From the NCBI GenBank assembly GCA_026914245.1, contig CP110440.1, positions 3,410,001 through 3,474,000 on the forward strand: a DNA stretch of 64,000 nt, in the 5' to 3' direction. The number at the start of each line of letters is the position of its first letter. Position 1 is the first letter of the stretch. The DNA comes from Puccinia triticina. Taxonomy: Eukaryota. The position numbers were made by a program, and so were the translations under genes. The notes under the pieces were generated by a model. It was given only the letters and a program-made list of their open reading frames with translations. It ran no database searches and was not told where the DNA came from. Positions 50,899 through 62,864 of the stretch are shown here, piece by piece.

Positions 50899-53800
50899 GG
50901 GTCAGCCTAAATGCACTCCACATATTTACTTCATGCACTCCAAATATGAGTGCCTAGAATGTGCACTCACAACAAAACTGGCGTGGGGTCCAGTGCACTC
51001 CAAAAGACTATGAGTGATGACATCACCACTCCAAAAAAGGAGGAGTGCGCAACCAGACACTCCAAAGGCCCCCAAAAACAATGAGTGCACAATTAATTCA
51101 CTCCCTTAGTTTTGAGTGCAAAAACACTGCACTCCCTTTTAGATTTATTGTCCCCCTGAAAAGGGAGTGCATTACTGTGAACTCCAGTTATATATGGAGT
51201 TCACAGTTCTGCACTCCCTTTTTGGTGCATTTAGATTGACTCACAAGTCCACGTGTCCCACTCAGCAAGACTCACACTCCTCCCTCAAGACAACCAGAAA
51301 CATCTTACCCCACCAAGCAGTCTTGACGATCTCGACAAACCCCAAAGTCAACATGTCTAACCAACAAGTTAACCCAACCAAACAAACAACATTGAACGGC
51401 GGTACTCAAACAACATCAAATGGCGGTACTCAAACAACATTGAACGGCAGTACTCAAACAACATCGAACGGCGGTACTCAAACAACATCAAACGGCGGTA
51501 CTCCATCGACCACAAGCGCGATAGCTAAAAACTCTGGAATTGGCACTCCAATGACCGACGGAATGACCGCCGGCGTGACTGTTACTCCAGAGGTTTGGGC
51601 ACAAATGCAAAGCCTCCTTGCTTTGTTTCCAATTCAACAAGTCCAACCAAACACAATCAACAGTTGTCCAGAAGCTCTTTCAATAGGATCTGCAGCTCCA
51701 ACCAATCTTGTGATGGCTTCCAATTCCACATTTTTGATACCATCTTTGGACCATTCTTTGTCAAACTCTGGCTTGGACCACGGTGGCTCTAAAGACAAAG
51801 AAGTCAAATCAGATTCCAACTGCGGCGAACAACTCTCCACCGATTCCGAAGCCAATCAAGCAGCCAAGGAAACCGTCTCTGATTCCAAAGCTAATCAAGC
51901 AGCCAAGGAAACCATCTACGAAGCTAATCATTTCGGCGCCTGTCCTGACACTGAAGTCCTCAAACCTGTTACTCAAGTCCTTAACAAAACGCTTGATTTT
52001 TTGAAAAAAAGTGACTTTGATAAGTATGATTTCAAAGCCGGAGGTAATATCTTAGTTGTTTTAGACTGCTTTTCTCTGCCGATCTGATATTTTACTAATT
52101 TTTTTGCTATGTAGGGCCATTGGACCCTCCCCCGTCCGCTTGCTTTGCCTCAATGGATGATGTTGTTTGCTTCTGTCAATCGTGGGCGAAAACGCACGGA
52201 TATGCTGTTTCCAAGTCGAACTCTCACCCCGGCAAAAACGTTTACATCAAATGCAACCGTTCAGGTCATTTTTGTGGCTTGATAATAAACAAATCCGGCC
52301 GGAAAACATCCTCAACCAAGATCAACTGCCCTTTTCACCTTAAAGCCTCAATCCCAACCAGCAAAAAAATCACCAACAAAGTATGGACTCTGGAAGTCTT
52401 GAATGGAACCCACAACCATGGCCCATCCAATGTACCTGCCAGTCACTCTGCTCACAAACGGCTTATACCAGAGCAGGTAGAGGAGATCAGAAAGCTTTCA
52501 CAAGCAAATCTGAAGCCCGCCCAGATCTTATTACAACTTTGTACTTCTGACAACAAAACATTTGCAACTAACAAAACTATTAGTAACGCTCTCCAGAAGA
52601 TTTGTCGAGAAGAACTCAACGGTAGGGACCCAATACAAGCCTTATTGGCCGTCCTGAGGGAATTGAACTGGGCCTACGACGTAAAGGTGAACTTGAGTGG
52701 TGCGGTTGTCAATCTTTTCTTTGCTCATCCGGGGGCAATTCACCTTGCAAGCATAAACCATCATGTTGCTCTCTTGGATTCAACGTACAAGACAAACCGC
52801 TACAACCTTCCGCTCCTACACGTAATTGGTCAAACAGCGACAAACCGATCCTTTTTGATTGCATTCTGCTTTCTGACTTTTGAGGACAATGATAACTATC
52901 TCTGGGCTGTGAATACCCTGAAAAAGCTCGTCTGGCGACCTCAACGCATACCAAAGGTCTTTATTACTGATTGGGACTCTGCCTTACGGAAAGCTTTGGC
53001 CGCCGTCTTCCCGGAATCACAAGCAAACCTGTGCACATGGCACATCAACAATAACATTACCTCAAACTGCAAGAAGTATTTTCCTGCGAACCCCAAGAGT
53101 GCTGCTAAAAAATCAGATGAACCCGCTCAAATCCCGAACAATCAGACCAAAAGTCCTGAAGATTGATCTAGTCAAAAATCTCGGGATAAGAAGCCCAAAG
53201 CTCCCTGGGATGTCTTCATGCAACTTTGGCAGCAAGTCACCAGCGCAAAAACAGAAGATCTATACAACAAGCACTTTGATACTTTGAAATCCTTCCTTGC
53301 GACTTGGCCTGTGGTGCTCCATTACCTCAAAAAAAATATCATCCCACTTAAACATCTCTTTGTCGTTGCCTGGGCATGTCAGTATCCGCACCTTTGAAAT
53401 CTCAACACCTCAAGAGTGGAATCTGGCCATGCTTACGTTAAAAACTTCATAAAAAACTCGACTGGCGACTTGCTCACTGTCTTCCATTCCCTGTCCCACG
53501 CAGTTGACACCCAACTCAACCATGTTCACAAAGCAATTGGACGAGATACTGTCAAGACTCTTGTCAATGTCCCCAAACCGTTTGTTCCTCTCCTTGAAAA
53601 GATATCTATGTTTGCATTGAATGAATGTGTGGACCAATACAAGAGGCTTGCCGATCTCGATCCAACCAAGCCGTGCTCTCAAACTCTTACCGTCGGAATT
53701 GGTATTCCGTGTGCCCACAAGCTATTTGATATACTCGAAAACGGTGATGTGTTGTCTCCGTCGGATTTTCACTCCCAGTGGAGTCTCAAATATAACCCAG

Positions 53801-55618
53801 AGATAACTGTAGGAGATCGTTTTTTCAACATTATATAGTTTTTTACAGTTGCTAATATTATGAAGTGGTCCTCTTTCAAAACAACAACAGCATACCGATG
53901 ACACTGAGATTGATTTGGATGAAGAATTAAAGAAGATAAGTCTTGTACTCTCTCAAGAAGATCCCAGCACCCTCGCAAGGATTCTTGAGCAATTTGATCA
54001 AATTATTGCCGGAACTCACATAGCGGTTCCAATTCAAGCTCCCTGCGTGAAAAAACAAACAAAAGGGAGGCCATCATTGAAGAAAGCGCGATCAACATTG
54101 ACTAAAAGAAATCCTTTGACCTTTGAACTAGTCGAAGCAAAGTTAAAAAAGCAGCAATCGGCGGCCAGAAAGCGCGCCTTGAAGGCTCTGGAGCGAAAGT
54201 CCAAGCAAATTAAAAAAGGTACCAACAGTTATAAAGCCGCCTCCAAATCAGAAGCGGCCTCCAAATCAGAGGAATCTGCCAATGAAGTAAGCAATAAAGA
54301 GAGTGAAGAAGAAAGTGGAGAAGAAAGCAACGAAGTTTCTGACCAAGAAAGTGGAGAGGAAGGCAAAAACCGTGCTTCTGAGAATGAACGCAGCGGATTG
54401 GCTAATGAATCCGGGCAAGATGGTGGAGTTACTTCGTCTCCCAAAGTGATTTTTTTTCCTCTGCTTTGCCTTTTTATGCAATAATTGCCTGACAATGTAC
54501 TGATTTTCGCGTTTTTTTAGCCTTATTATGCTTCTCAGATCCCGTCACATCTTCAACAGTATGTCAAATCAATTTTTGATCCTTCAGCCGACGGCAATTG
54601 TGGATTTAGATTCATTGCCAAAGCGCTTGGGTACAATCACGACGATGGTTGGTTCCGCGTCAGGAATGATATCTTGGACGAGGTCAAAACAAACAAGACA
54701 CTTTACTCTAAGCTACAGGGCGGCGAGACGGAGATGGAGAGGATCATTGCGGGCCTCAAGGTGGAAAGCTTGGAAGCCGAGATCGACCGCAGTCAATGGC
54801 TCGACAAACTTTTGCATGGACAGATGCTTGCAAATGCATATGTCCGACCGATAATCTTTCTTTCTTTAGAGTCCTGCAGCACCTATCTTCCGCTGCGACT
54901 TGGTCCTGTCTCTGGAGCTTCGGAGCCCATCTACCTGCTTCACGTAAATGGCAATCATTGGGTCCTCCCTAATGTCAAGGGGGAAGATGGGGTACAACCA
55001 ATTCCCCCTATCATGGAGGCCACGAGAAATACTACTAAGAAAGCAAAGATCTGGTACAATTTCATCCAGAAGGGCCTGGATCTCTTTGTGGCCGGGCAAC
55101 TTGAAATGTAGTTTTTTTCTATTGTTTCTTGATTTTCAAATCTTATTGCTTGGTTTCCTTCCCTTTTTTCTTTCTTTCAGATGCTTGTGTCCGGATGATG
55201 ACTGGTCCCATTTGAAACTTATCCTCCCCAGCCAATATGGCTTGCTTCACTTGCAATTGCACCAGTTTCAGTTTCTTGGAGTGCACTCCAAGGTTCCTTC
55301 TAAATATTGGAGTGCACTGAAATGCACTCCATCTAGCATAGTGCTAGCTGGAATGCACTCCAATTCACCTTTGTGGGAAATTGGAGTGCATGCCCCAGCA
55401 CTCCAATGTTATTGGAGTGCTTTGACCCTCACTCCAAAATAAATGGCTTTTTGGAGTGGCCATGCCGGTACTCCAATAAATATGGAGTGCCAAGGCAGGC
55501 ACTCCTACATTTGGGAGCGCGATAACCCAGTACTCCAGAATTTTTGGAGTACCATGTCAAATTAGCCAAAAACATGGAGTGCATGAAGTAAAAAAGTGGA
55601 GTGCATTTAGGCCAACCC
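50899..55618 (+). mobile_element. Full-length Mutator/MULE transposon; TSD TTCTTTTT
   Basis: TIRs GGGTCAGCCTAAATGCACTCCAC / GTGGAGTGCATTTAGGCCAACCC; TTCTTTTT at 50891-50898 and 55619-55626. Confidence 0.93.
51353..55111 (+). pseudogene. MULE transposase (FAR1-like DNA-binding, DDE, SWIM-like) with C-terminal OTU-like domain; spliced, with nonsense codons
   Basis: YIKCNRSG...KINCPF...HNH; LLDSTYKTNRYNLPL; FITDWD; LCTWHI; TSRVESGHA; GIPCAH; ADGNCGFR...GNHWV; TGA at 53164 and 53395. Confidence 0.9.
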
Positions 55619-56550
55619 TTCTTTTTGGCTGCTATTGTATTGTTAGTTTAGCTGAAAGATGTCAGGTTAACAATAACCAATCCTATTTTTATGATTGTTA
55701 TCTGTTTTTATTCCTGATAAAAAATATGATAACTGTTAGTTTATCTCAGAAATTACTGATAAAATTACTGTCAGTATATTGATATTTCTGGTGATAAAGT
55801 TGGTTTTGAGTTGCAAAAGATTAAATCTAGGACATAAGGTTTTGAGAATCATTTTCTAGAGGCCAAAAAACATGAAATAACAGATACTGTAGTGTAGGAA
55901 ATTGTTATCCTAAACCTGATACACTACCTTTTGGTGAACTCTTGGTTATCCAAAAAAATACACTACCTGTTAGTGTATCTTGAGTGTATCCTGGATAAAA
56001 ATACACAACATCTTCAATGAGATAATTTGGATACACTAACCATTATTGTATTGGGCTATAATTGGGGATAAAAAATACCTCATTTGTCTTGCCAAATAAC
56101 CATGGATACACTAACAGATATTGGCCTATAGCATAGCTTAGTGGCCCATTGTTGCTGTGACAGTAGGTGTACTGGGAGTGTGATATCCTGGGTTATCTGC
56201 AAGTGTGGTTCTGGTTGTCTGAATTCTGTGTATCCTCCAGCTGCATGGGGGATCCTGACTTTGAAAATTTTCAAGGTTAGCTGATGTAATCACACATGTA
56301 CATGTGGTTGGAGCGCTCTGTTGCGCCTAAAAGGTGCTGCTGCGCATGCGCGTCACAAACAATTAACTCTATGAAGGAGTTGAGCTATTGGAAAGTGGAA
56401 AGTGGACACTAGGGTTGAACTTGCATGAGAAAACAGAATCTGGAGTCAAAACAAGGTTAAACCTTAAACATAATAAGATATCAGAGAGTTGAGGTAGAAA
56501 TCATGATAAAGGCAGACTTTAGGTCAGCTGCACTGACTCTAAGACTGACA

Positions 56551-59500
56551 TTCCCTACCAACAAAATTGGTTTGATTTCACAAATTAAACCAAAAACTTC
56601 TGGGTTATTTCACTCAGATTGGGTTCAAGATTAATTTGGATAAGTAGCTATTTCTAGATCAAAATCAATCAGGGGATCTGAAGTACCATCCTGCTGCATA
56701 GCATTCATCCAGTGGGTGTTTCCTTATTTAATCTCACTCAGCTTAATATTCTTTTTCAGGGATCCATTGATTTCATATCCTGTTTTACATGTTGAATCAT
56801 AATGAGGATTGATTTAAACATTGATTTTCATGTTTCTTTCCTCAGGAAAGTCTCTGTAGAGGTTACTAACTTGCTTGAACAACTGGCAGTTGGAATTTTT
56901 CTTTATCAATTGGTTGCACAGGAATAGTTTTTTTCTCTTCAGAATTGTCAACAGGATTATCAGCAATGTCATTCATAGTGGTTTTTCTTTCTAAGGATGA
57001 TTTAGTTGAAATTGTCTCTCCTGTCTTTCTCATTTTTTGTTTCTTATTTCAAATGAAGCAAGGGATTGTCATCAGTCAGTTTAGGGCCCCAGGGGGACCT
57101 GAGTGGGTTCTATCAATGAGCCTAAACTAGAAAGTATATAATAGACAACAGGAACAATATTACAGCATCTCCTCTTAGCATGCTCAAATATTTTATAATC
57201 ATTCCTGTCAAGTCAATAATTTGAATCATTGCAGACACCCTGTTCTCCATTTTTTCTTTCAGGTAGTCAGATTTTTCTTAAGATTGTGATTGATTGCTAC
57301 AACTATAATGTAATTTGGCCTGCTACTCTAGTTCAATCATTAGTATCTCCATACTGATCTCTGATTCCAATGCACCAGATCCTTGCAGTTTCAGTCAGTA
57401 GAATGGTCAGTCTGCTGATCATCATACTTTCTAGCATGTTATACTTAGTATCTCACAAAAATGTCCATCTTCTTGATCCAAAACTCATGGTTATTTGTCA
57501 GTTCAGAAGAGAATTCATCCCAATCCCTGTTCTTTGGGATACCTTTCTACAGTCCATTCCTCATTTATAGATCTATTGATCCAGACTCCATGATCAATGA
57601 AAGGGGATTCACCTTGTGGGGGGATTTTCATCTCAATGGTTTGAGGTTTTAACTTCATTCATCTTCTGATGGTTCTGAGGATCAAGAAGAGGAACAGGAG
57701 AATAATTCTCTTGTGCAATTGCTGTTCTTGTTGGCAATTCATGAGTGGATTATTATGGGTCAGATTATGATGAGGAGGTTAATCTCTATCATTTGGTTCA
57801 AATAAGGATTCCAATTCAGAATTGAAAGCATTTACAATGGAATAGATGTCATTCAATCTTCTGTTACATTGTTCAAATCTACTGTTTTCCTTTGCATGAA
57901 GATAATTGATCTGGTTACCAAGGGTTGAGCTTTTTGTATCAGCCTTGTTTTCCAGTCATCACTCCTTGGCCTTAAACTTTTTTTTTCAACAAGTAGGCTG
58001 TGGTTCAGACCTTTGGGGGGCCTGGGCGCAGAGCTATGAACACGCTGTGGAACTCCTACTGTGCCAGGCGGTAGGCAGAGTGTTGAGGGGATAGGTGCTG
58101 TTGAGCTGCCCTTGTGGGTGGTCCAGGAAATGAGATGAGGATCAAAGTGTAATAGCGTTGGGGGTGGATATTTGAGAGACAACGGTGATGGGATACCATC
58201 AGCAGTGGTTGGTTTGTTGAGGATCAGATGATGATATGGGATCAGGATCAGGGATAAAGAATCAGGATAATGCTGGGGATACTGCCAGCTGATCAGAAAA
58301 GGGTTGATGAAATTTCTCTTGGATCAGAGCAAGTCCCATGCCGTCCCATCCTCCCAAGTTCAAACTTGAACTTGGACTCTGGGGAGTGACATGTCATCAC
58401 ATCCCTAACTACAAAACAACATCACAAGGAGAGAAAAGAAAACACAACACAACAACAACCAACAGAAGAGAAGAAATAAAACAAACAAGTTGAAAGAAAC
58501 CCACATGACTCATGTGTTAGGACCAAGAAAGGAAAAGAGACTGGAGGGATGAGGATAGAAATGAGAAGGAATAGTAAATGAACAAATAAATAACAAACTG
58601 ATGAAAAGATGTATGAATCAAATCAATGAGTATCTTGATGAAATTGGAAAGGATCTTGATGTCTTTGATCTTGAGGATACTTCAAGTTGAGGATCTTGAG
58701 GCTGAAAGTTCTTGCTGGTGAGGGTGCTGATCTTGCTGACTTGAAGATTTTGATGATCTTGAGGCCCTGTACCCATCTGGCCACCACAACGCTAAAGAAA
58801 AGCATAAGCCAAATGGTACTTTCTGCTGCCCTATGAAATTGGGCTCAATATGCAAGTCAGGGCCAGCTTTGCTATCAGCCATAGCAAGCTTGCTACCAGG
58901 GGGACTTGTGTCAAGTTAGGCTCAACAGTGTTCAGACTTAACCAAGTCCCCTGCTGCTGCGGGTGTGTGTCTTGCAGAGCAAGACTCCAACAGACGGCTT
59001 GTGCAAGCATGCCAAGGCTAACTTAACTAAGTCTCACCCTCCTACAGGTGGAGTGGTAAAACACTGGTCGCATTGCGCCGACCAGAGGGAGGGACTTACA
59101 GGCTGACAGCATTTGGTTTTTTGGTGGGGACTTTTTTAAAACTGCTCTCACCCATCCATTTCCTGTCCAATTTCATTATTGTTTGGATTTCCATGATGAC
59201 CAAAGTCTTCTTTATCCATGTACTATACCCACCTATCCCCAACCTGTCTTCTTGATGTGCAATGTCCCTTGTAACATCATGAGTTTTGAATTCTGTACAG
59301 TGTGAACTTTGTAATATAGGATGAAGCAAACCACAGATAGTCACAAGAAATAGATCTGAGGGATTCTGAAGGCCTCAAAAAATTCAGAAAAATTTGGAGA
59401 GATTCTCCTTGATCTTGGGAATCTTTTGTTCCCCCAAACCTTTGCTGCCCAATGGGAAAGGGTGAAGCCAGAAACATTTGAAAAACAACATAATTCTGAT

Positions 59501-59560
59501 TCTGTCAGCCCAAACTTGGACATTGGGTGTAAGTCCCTCCTTCGGAGGGTCCCTGCGGGA
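56551..59560 (-). mobile_element. Degenerate internal region adjoining the LTR plus other repeat fragments
   Basis: Abuts the LTR and its purine tract; only short broken ORFs; no domain confidently recognised. Confidence 0.35.
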
Positions 59561-60015
59561 CAGCGTCCCCCCTCAAATAGAGGGACTTTGTTAAGTTGGA
59601 TGCCAAGGCCAATCCAGCGGGCACCAAATGGCCCACATAGATCAAAAAGAGGATGACCATTTTATTCTCACCGCTCCTGGGACCCGTACACCTATCCACA
59701 TGCGGTTATTCAACTAGTGGAGCTCTGACCATCCCAAGAGGCCCAAGAAAATCAATATTGATATTGGCCATCGACATATCCGAAGCAAGTGAACACAAAA
59801 CAAGGTAAACAACACCGCCCAATCAGGCAGACAATTACCTCTCTCTAGTGGGATCGGGTATTTTCACCACCACCCAGCGACAAGAAAAACAGCCAAGGTT
59901 TTTTCTTTCTTGGTGCGTGGAATGAAGTAGTGGTATTTTTGGGTGAAGAAAGAGCGGACAGAAAAGGGCCGAATGGAAGGGATACATATGCATATATTTT
60001 TGGAGCATGTTGTTT

Positions 60016-60017
<2 letters not shown>

Positions 60018-60052
<35 letters not shown>
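60018..60052. repeat. (GAT)n microsatellite downstream of HIS4
   Basis: About 11 perfect trinucleotide copies. Confidence 0.95.
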
Positions 60053-60053
<1 letters not shown>

Positions 60054-60236
60054 AGCGCGGCAAGAAAGCGTCGGCCGGGTTCCGGGAATGATAGTGGTGT
60101 GATGGCTGGATAGGAGAGAGCTCGAAGAGAAACGGGGTATCCGAACAAGAGGACCAAAAAGCGAAGCTGAGAGCAGAGGAGTTATGAAGAGAGCGCAATT
60201 CCGGGGGAAGGAAAGTGAAGTTCCTGTTGAGAGTGC

Positions 60237-62864
60237 TCAAGCGGCGTCCGTTGGCCCAGAAGGACTGACCCTAAGCCTGACATTGACGGCGTTAGCATGG
60301 CCATCGAGGCCCTCGACGGTAGCAAGGGTGACGACAGTCGGGCCGATGTTCCTCAATCCTTGCTCGGAAAGAGTCTGGGCGGTGATGTGTTTCATGAAGC
60401 TGAGAGTAGACACGCCGGAGTATTGCTTTGCGAAGCCCACCGTCGGCAACGAGCTACAAACCCTCAACTCGATTAGTTTAATGTGAGGGAAAGGGAAGGA
60501 GGGAGTGGGAAGGGAAAAGACTGACTGGTTGGTGCCTGAGGCATAGTCGCCACAGCTCTCGGGCGAGAACGGGCCCACGAAAACGCTCCCCGCATTCCGG
60601 ACCAACGGGACGACGTCGGCGGGATTGGTGACGTGGAGGATGAGGTGTTCGGGGGCGTACTGGTTGCTGATGTCGAGGGCTTTCGGGAGAGTGGGGACTT
60701 TGAGGATGAAGCTCTTCCTGATAGACTGTCTGATGATCTCGAGCCGGGACAGGGTCTGTGCTTGGAGCACGATCTGCTGCTCGATCTCGGCCAGGAGGGG
60801 GGCAGGGAGGCCGACAGCTAAGAGGACGACCTGGGAGTCCGGGCCGTGTTCGGCCTGTGAGAGGAGGTCGGCGGCGACGAAGCTGGGGACACAGGAGGAG
60901 TCAGCTATGACGAGGACCTCGGAGGGCCCGGCGGGCATGTCGATTGCCGTGGCCGCCTGGAGGTCTCCCGCGACCATCATCTTCGCCGCGGTGACGAACT
61001 GGTTGCCCGGGCCGAAGATCTTGTCCACCTTGGCCACCGTCGGGGTCCCATAGGCCATCGCCGCGATCCCATGCGCCCCGCCCGCCTTCACGATCTCTGA
61101 CACCCCGCACTTCGTAGCTATGTACACGATCTCCGCGCTGATCGTCCCATCGGCTCTTGCCGGCGTCGCCAGACTTATCCACGGGCACCCGGCCACCTGG
61201 GCGGGGACCGCAAGCATCAAGGCTGTCGAGGGAAGGATCGCCGTCCCGCCGGGCACATATAAGCCTACCCGGTCGATCGGCCGTGCGAACCGGGAACACA
61301 GCACGCCGGGCATCGTCTCCACCACCATCGGCTCTTTCTCCTTCTCCAACTGCTTCGCATGGAACATGAAGATGTTCTCGTACGCCACGTCGATCGCCTG
61401 CTTAGTTTCCGCAGACAGCTCGCCACTGCGGTCCGCAAACGGCGCCCGGAGGGTCAGCTCCGAGGCGCATGCAAACCCGCACCGGTCGTACTTCGAGACC
61501 GCGTCCAAAAGCCCAGCATCCCCCCGCGTCTTCACCATCTCCACGATCGGCCTCACTAGTCCGGTCATCGTGCGCCCATCGGTCATCGGACGTTTGAGCA
61601 AAGCGGCCCGGTCGGCCTCTGGGACGTCCGCCAGATCGATTACTTGACAGCAAAGCTCGCCGGGCTGCCCGGCTGGTGGGGCCTGCGGAGGGGGAGGAGA
61701 AGGGGCCCCGGCGATCTTGGCGGCCCAGTGGGGCTTGGCATCCCCCTTTCTGCGAGAGACCTTGAGTGCGCGTCGGTCGAGAGTGGCCTCAATGTCCCGG
61801 AGCGAGACGCCTTTGGCGACGCAACGAGCGAGGGCGAAGTATACCAGGTCGGCCATCTCGTCCGCCACGTCTTGGGCACTCTCGGCATGGCAAAGCTCGT
61901 CGGCCTCTTCCATAATCTTAGCCTTGAGCAGCTTCTCGTCGTTGAACAGACGGTGGGTGTAGCTCCCCTGAGGGGCGTTTTGGCGACGTTGGAGGAGCGT
62001 GGACTGGAGCTGGGAAAGGCCTCCGAGCGGGCCGAAGCAGGAGATTTCAGCGGTGTGACAGAACCCGGTCCCGGGGCTCTGGACGACCGTGACCTCCAAG
62101 GCGTCGCCATCGCAGTCCGTCCGGATCCGCACACATTGTTGGGTGGCGCCGCTGGTCGCGCCTTTCACCCACAGCTCGTTGCGTGAGCGACTGAAGTAGG
62201 TTGCCTGCCCCGTCCGCACCATCACCTCGATCGACTCGCGCGAGGAGTACACTTGGCCGAGCAGAGTGGAGCTAGGGGCGAGGCTGACGACGGAAGTGGC
62301 GAACAGGCCGTCGGCCCGGTCGGTCTTGAGCCCGTCTAGAAACAGTCCGACCAGAGCGTGTGGGCCGAGCTTGATGAGGTCGGCGGCGCGGATGAGGGGC
62401 ACCTGGTTGTGCATGGCGACTATTTCGGATAAGTTGACTGTGTCCGGCTGAGGAGGGCCTAAGAGGAAGACCGGATGGTCTCTTGTTTTCTGGGTGTGCT
62501 CGATCGGCGGGAAGGCTTCGAGCATGCATGGCGTGGATGGAAGAGGGTCGGAGGCGGCGAGACGGGGCACGATGCGGGAGACGGGGACGCCCATGCTGAT
62601 GAGCTGGGCCTGCCGATGCGTGAACACCTTGCCTGCGCCCCGGTCGAGCAGCCCGACCAGCTGTTCCTCAGCCTGGCCGTCGGCAAGGTCGTCGAAGATG
62701 TAGGTCTCCACATGGCTCGGCAGCAGCGGCGTGATCTTCTCAGATATGGATGCGGCGACCAGGACGGGCACGATCGTCGCTAGTTGGCGGAGAGTGTCTT
62801 CGTCCGGAAGCGGCGCGGGTACGTCGAGGAAGGGCAGGAAGGGGATGTGTGCGAAGATCGCCAT
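60237..62864 (-). CDS. HIS4: Trifunctional histidine biosynthesis protein (PR-AMP cyclohydrolase, PR-ATP pyrophosphatase, histidinol dehydrogenase); intron 60525-60454
   Basis: YFSRSRNELWVKGATSG, DCDGDAL, FCH; GSYTHRLF...KIMEEADEL; GLYVPGGTA, KIFGPGNQFV, IDMPAGPSE, SQAEHG, APEHL, GDYASGTNH|SLPT. Confidence 0.97.
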   Translation of the reverse strand: MAIFAHIPFLPFLDVPAPLPDEDTLRQLATIVPVLVAASISEKITPLLPSHVETYIFDDLADGQAEEQLVGLLDRGAGKVFTHRQAQLISMGVPVSRIVPRLAASDPLPSTPCMLEAFPPIEHTQKTRDHPVFLLGPPQPDTVNLSEIVAMHNQVPLIRAADLIKLGPHALVGLFLDGLKTDRADGLFATSVVSLAPSSTLLGQVYSSRESIEVMVRTGQATYFSRSRNELWVKGATSGATQQCVRIRTDCDGDALEVTVVQSPGTGFCHTAEISCFGPLGGLSQLQSTLLQRRQNAPQGSYTHRLFNDEKLLKAKIMEEADELCHAESAQDVADEMADLVYFALARCVAKGVSLRDIEATLDRRALKVSRRKGDAKPHWAAKIAGAPSPPPPQAPPAGQPGELCCQVIDLADVPEADRAALLKRPMTDGRTMTGLVRPIVEMVKTRGDAGLLDAVSKYDRCGFACASELTLRAPFADRSGELSAETKQAIDVAYENIFMFHAKQLEKEKEPMVVETMPGVLCSRFARPIDRVGLYVPGGTAILPSTALMLAVPAQVAGCPWISLATPARADGTISAEIVYIATKCGVSEIVKAGGAHGIAAMAYGTPTVAKVDKIFGPGNQFVTAAKMMVAGDLQAATAIDMPAGPSEVLVIADSSCVPSFVAADLLSQAEHGPDSQVVLLAVGLPAPLLAEIEQQIVLQAQTLSRLEIIRQSIRKSFILKVPTLPKALDISNQYAPEHLILHVTNPADVVPLVRNAGSVFVGPFSPESCGDYASGTNQSVFSLPTPSFPFPHIKLIELRVCSSLPTVGFAKQYSGVSTLSFMKHITAQTLSEQGLRNIGPTVVTLATVEGLDGHANAVNVRLRVSPSGPTDAA

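Larger units (their letters stand above)
48000..56154. mobile_element. CAAC-ended MITE hosting two MULEs; perfect 7-bp TSD CTGTGAC
   Basis: CAACAGTGGGC at 48000, GCCCATTGTTG ending 56154; CTGTGAC at 47993-47999 and 56155-56161. Confidence 0.85.
47362..56550 (-). mobile_element. LTR split by nested insertions (pieces 47362-47999 and 56155-56550)
   Basis: Reverse complement begins TGTCAGTCTTAGAGTC and ends GCTCACA like the solo LTR at 39356; shared GTCACAGGC.CCTAG.ATATTGACAGTAAGTA across the break; purine tract GGTAGGGAA abuts 56550. Confidence 0.75.
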
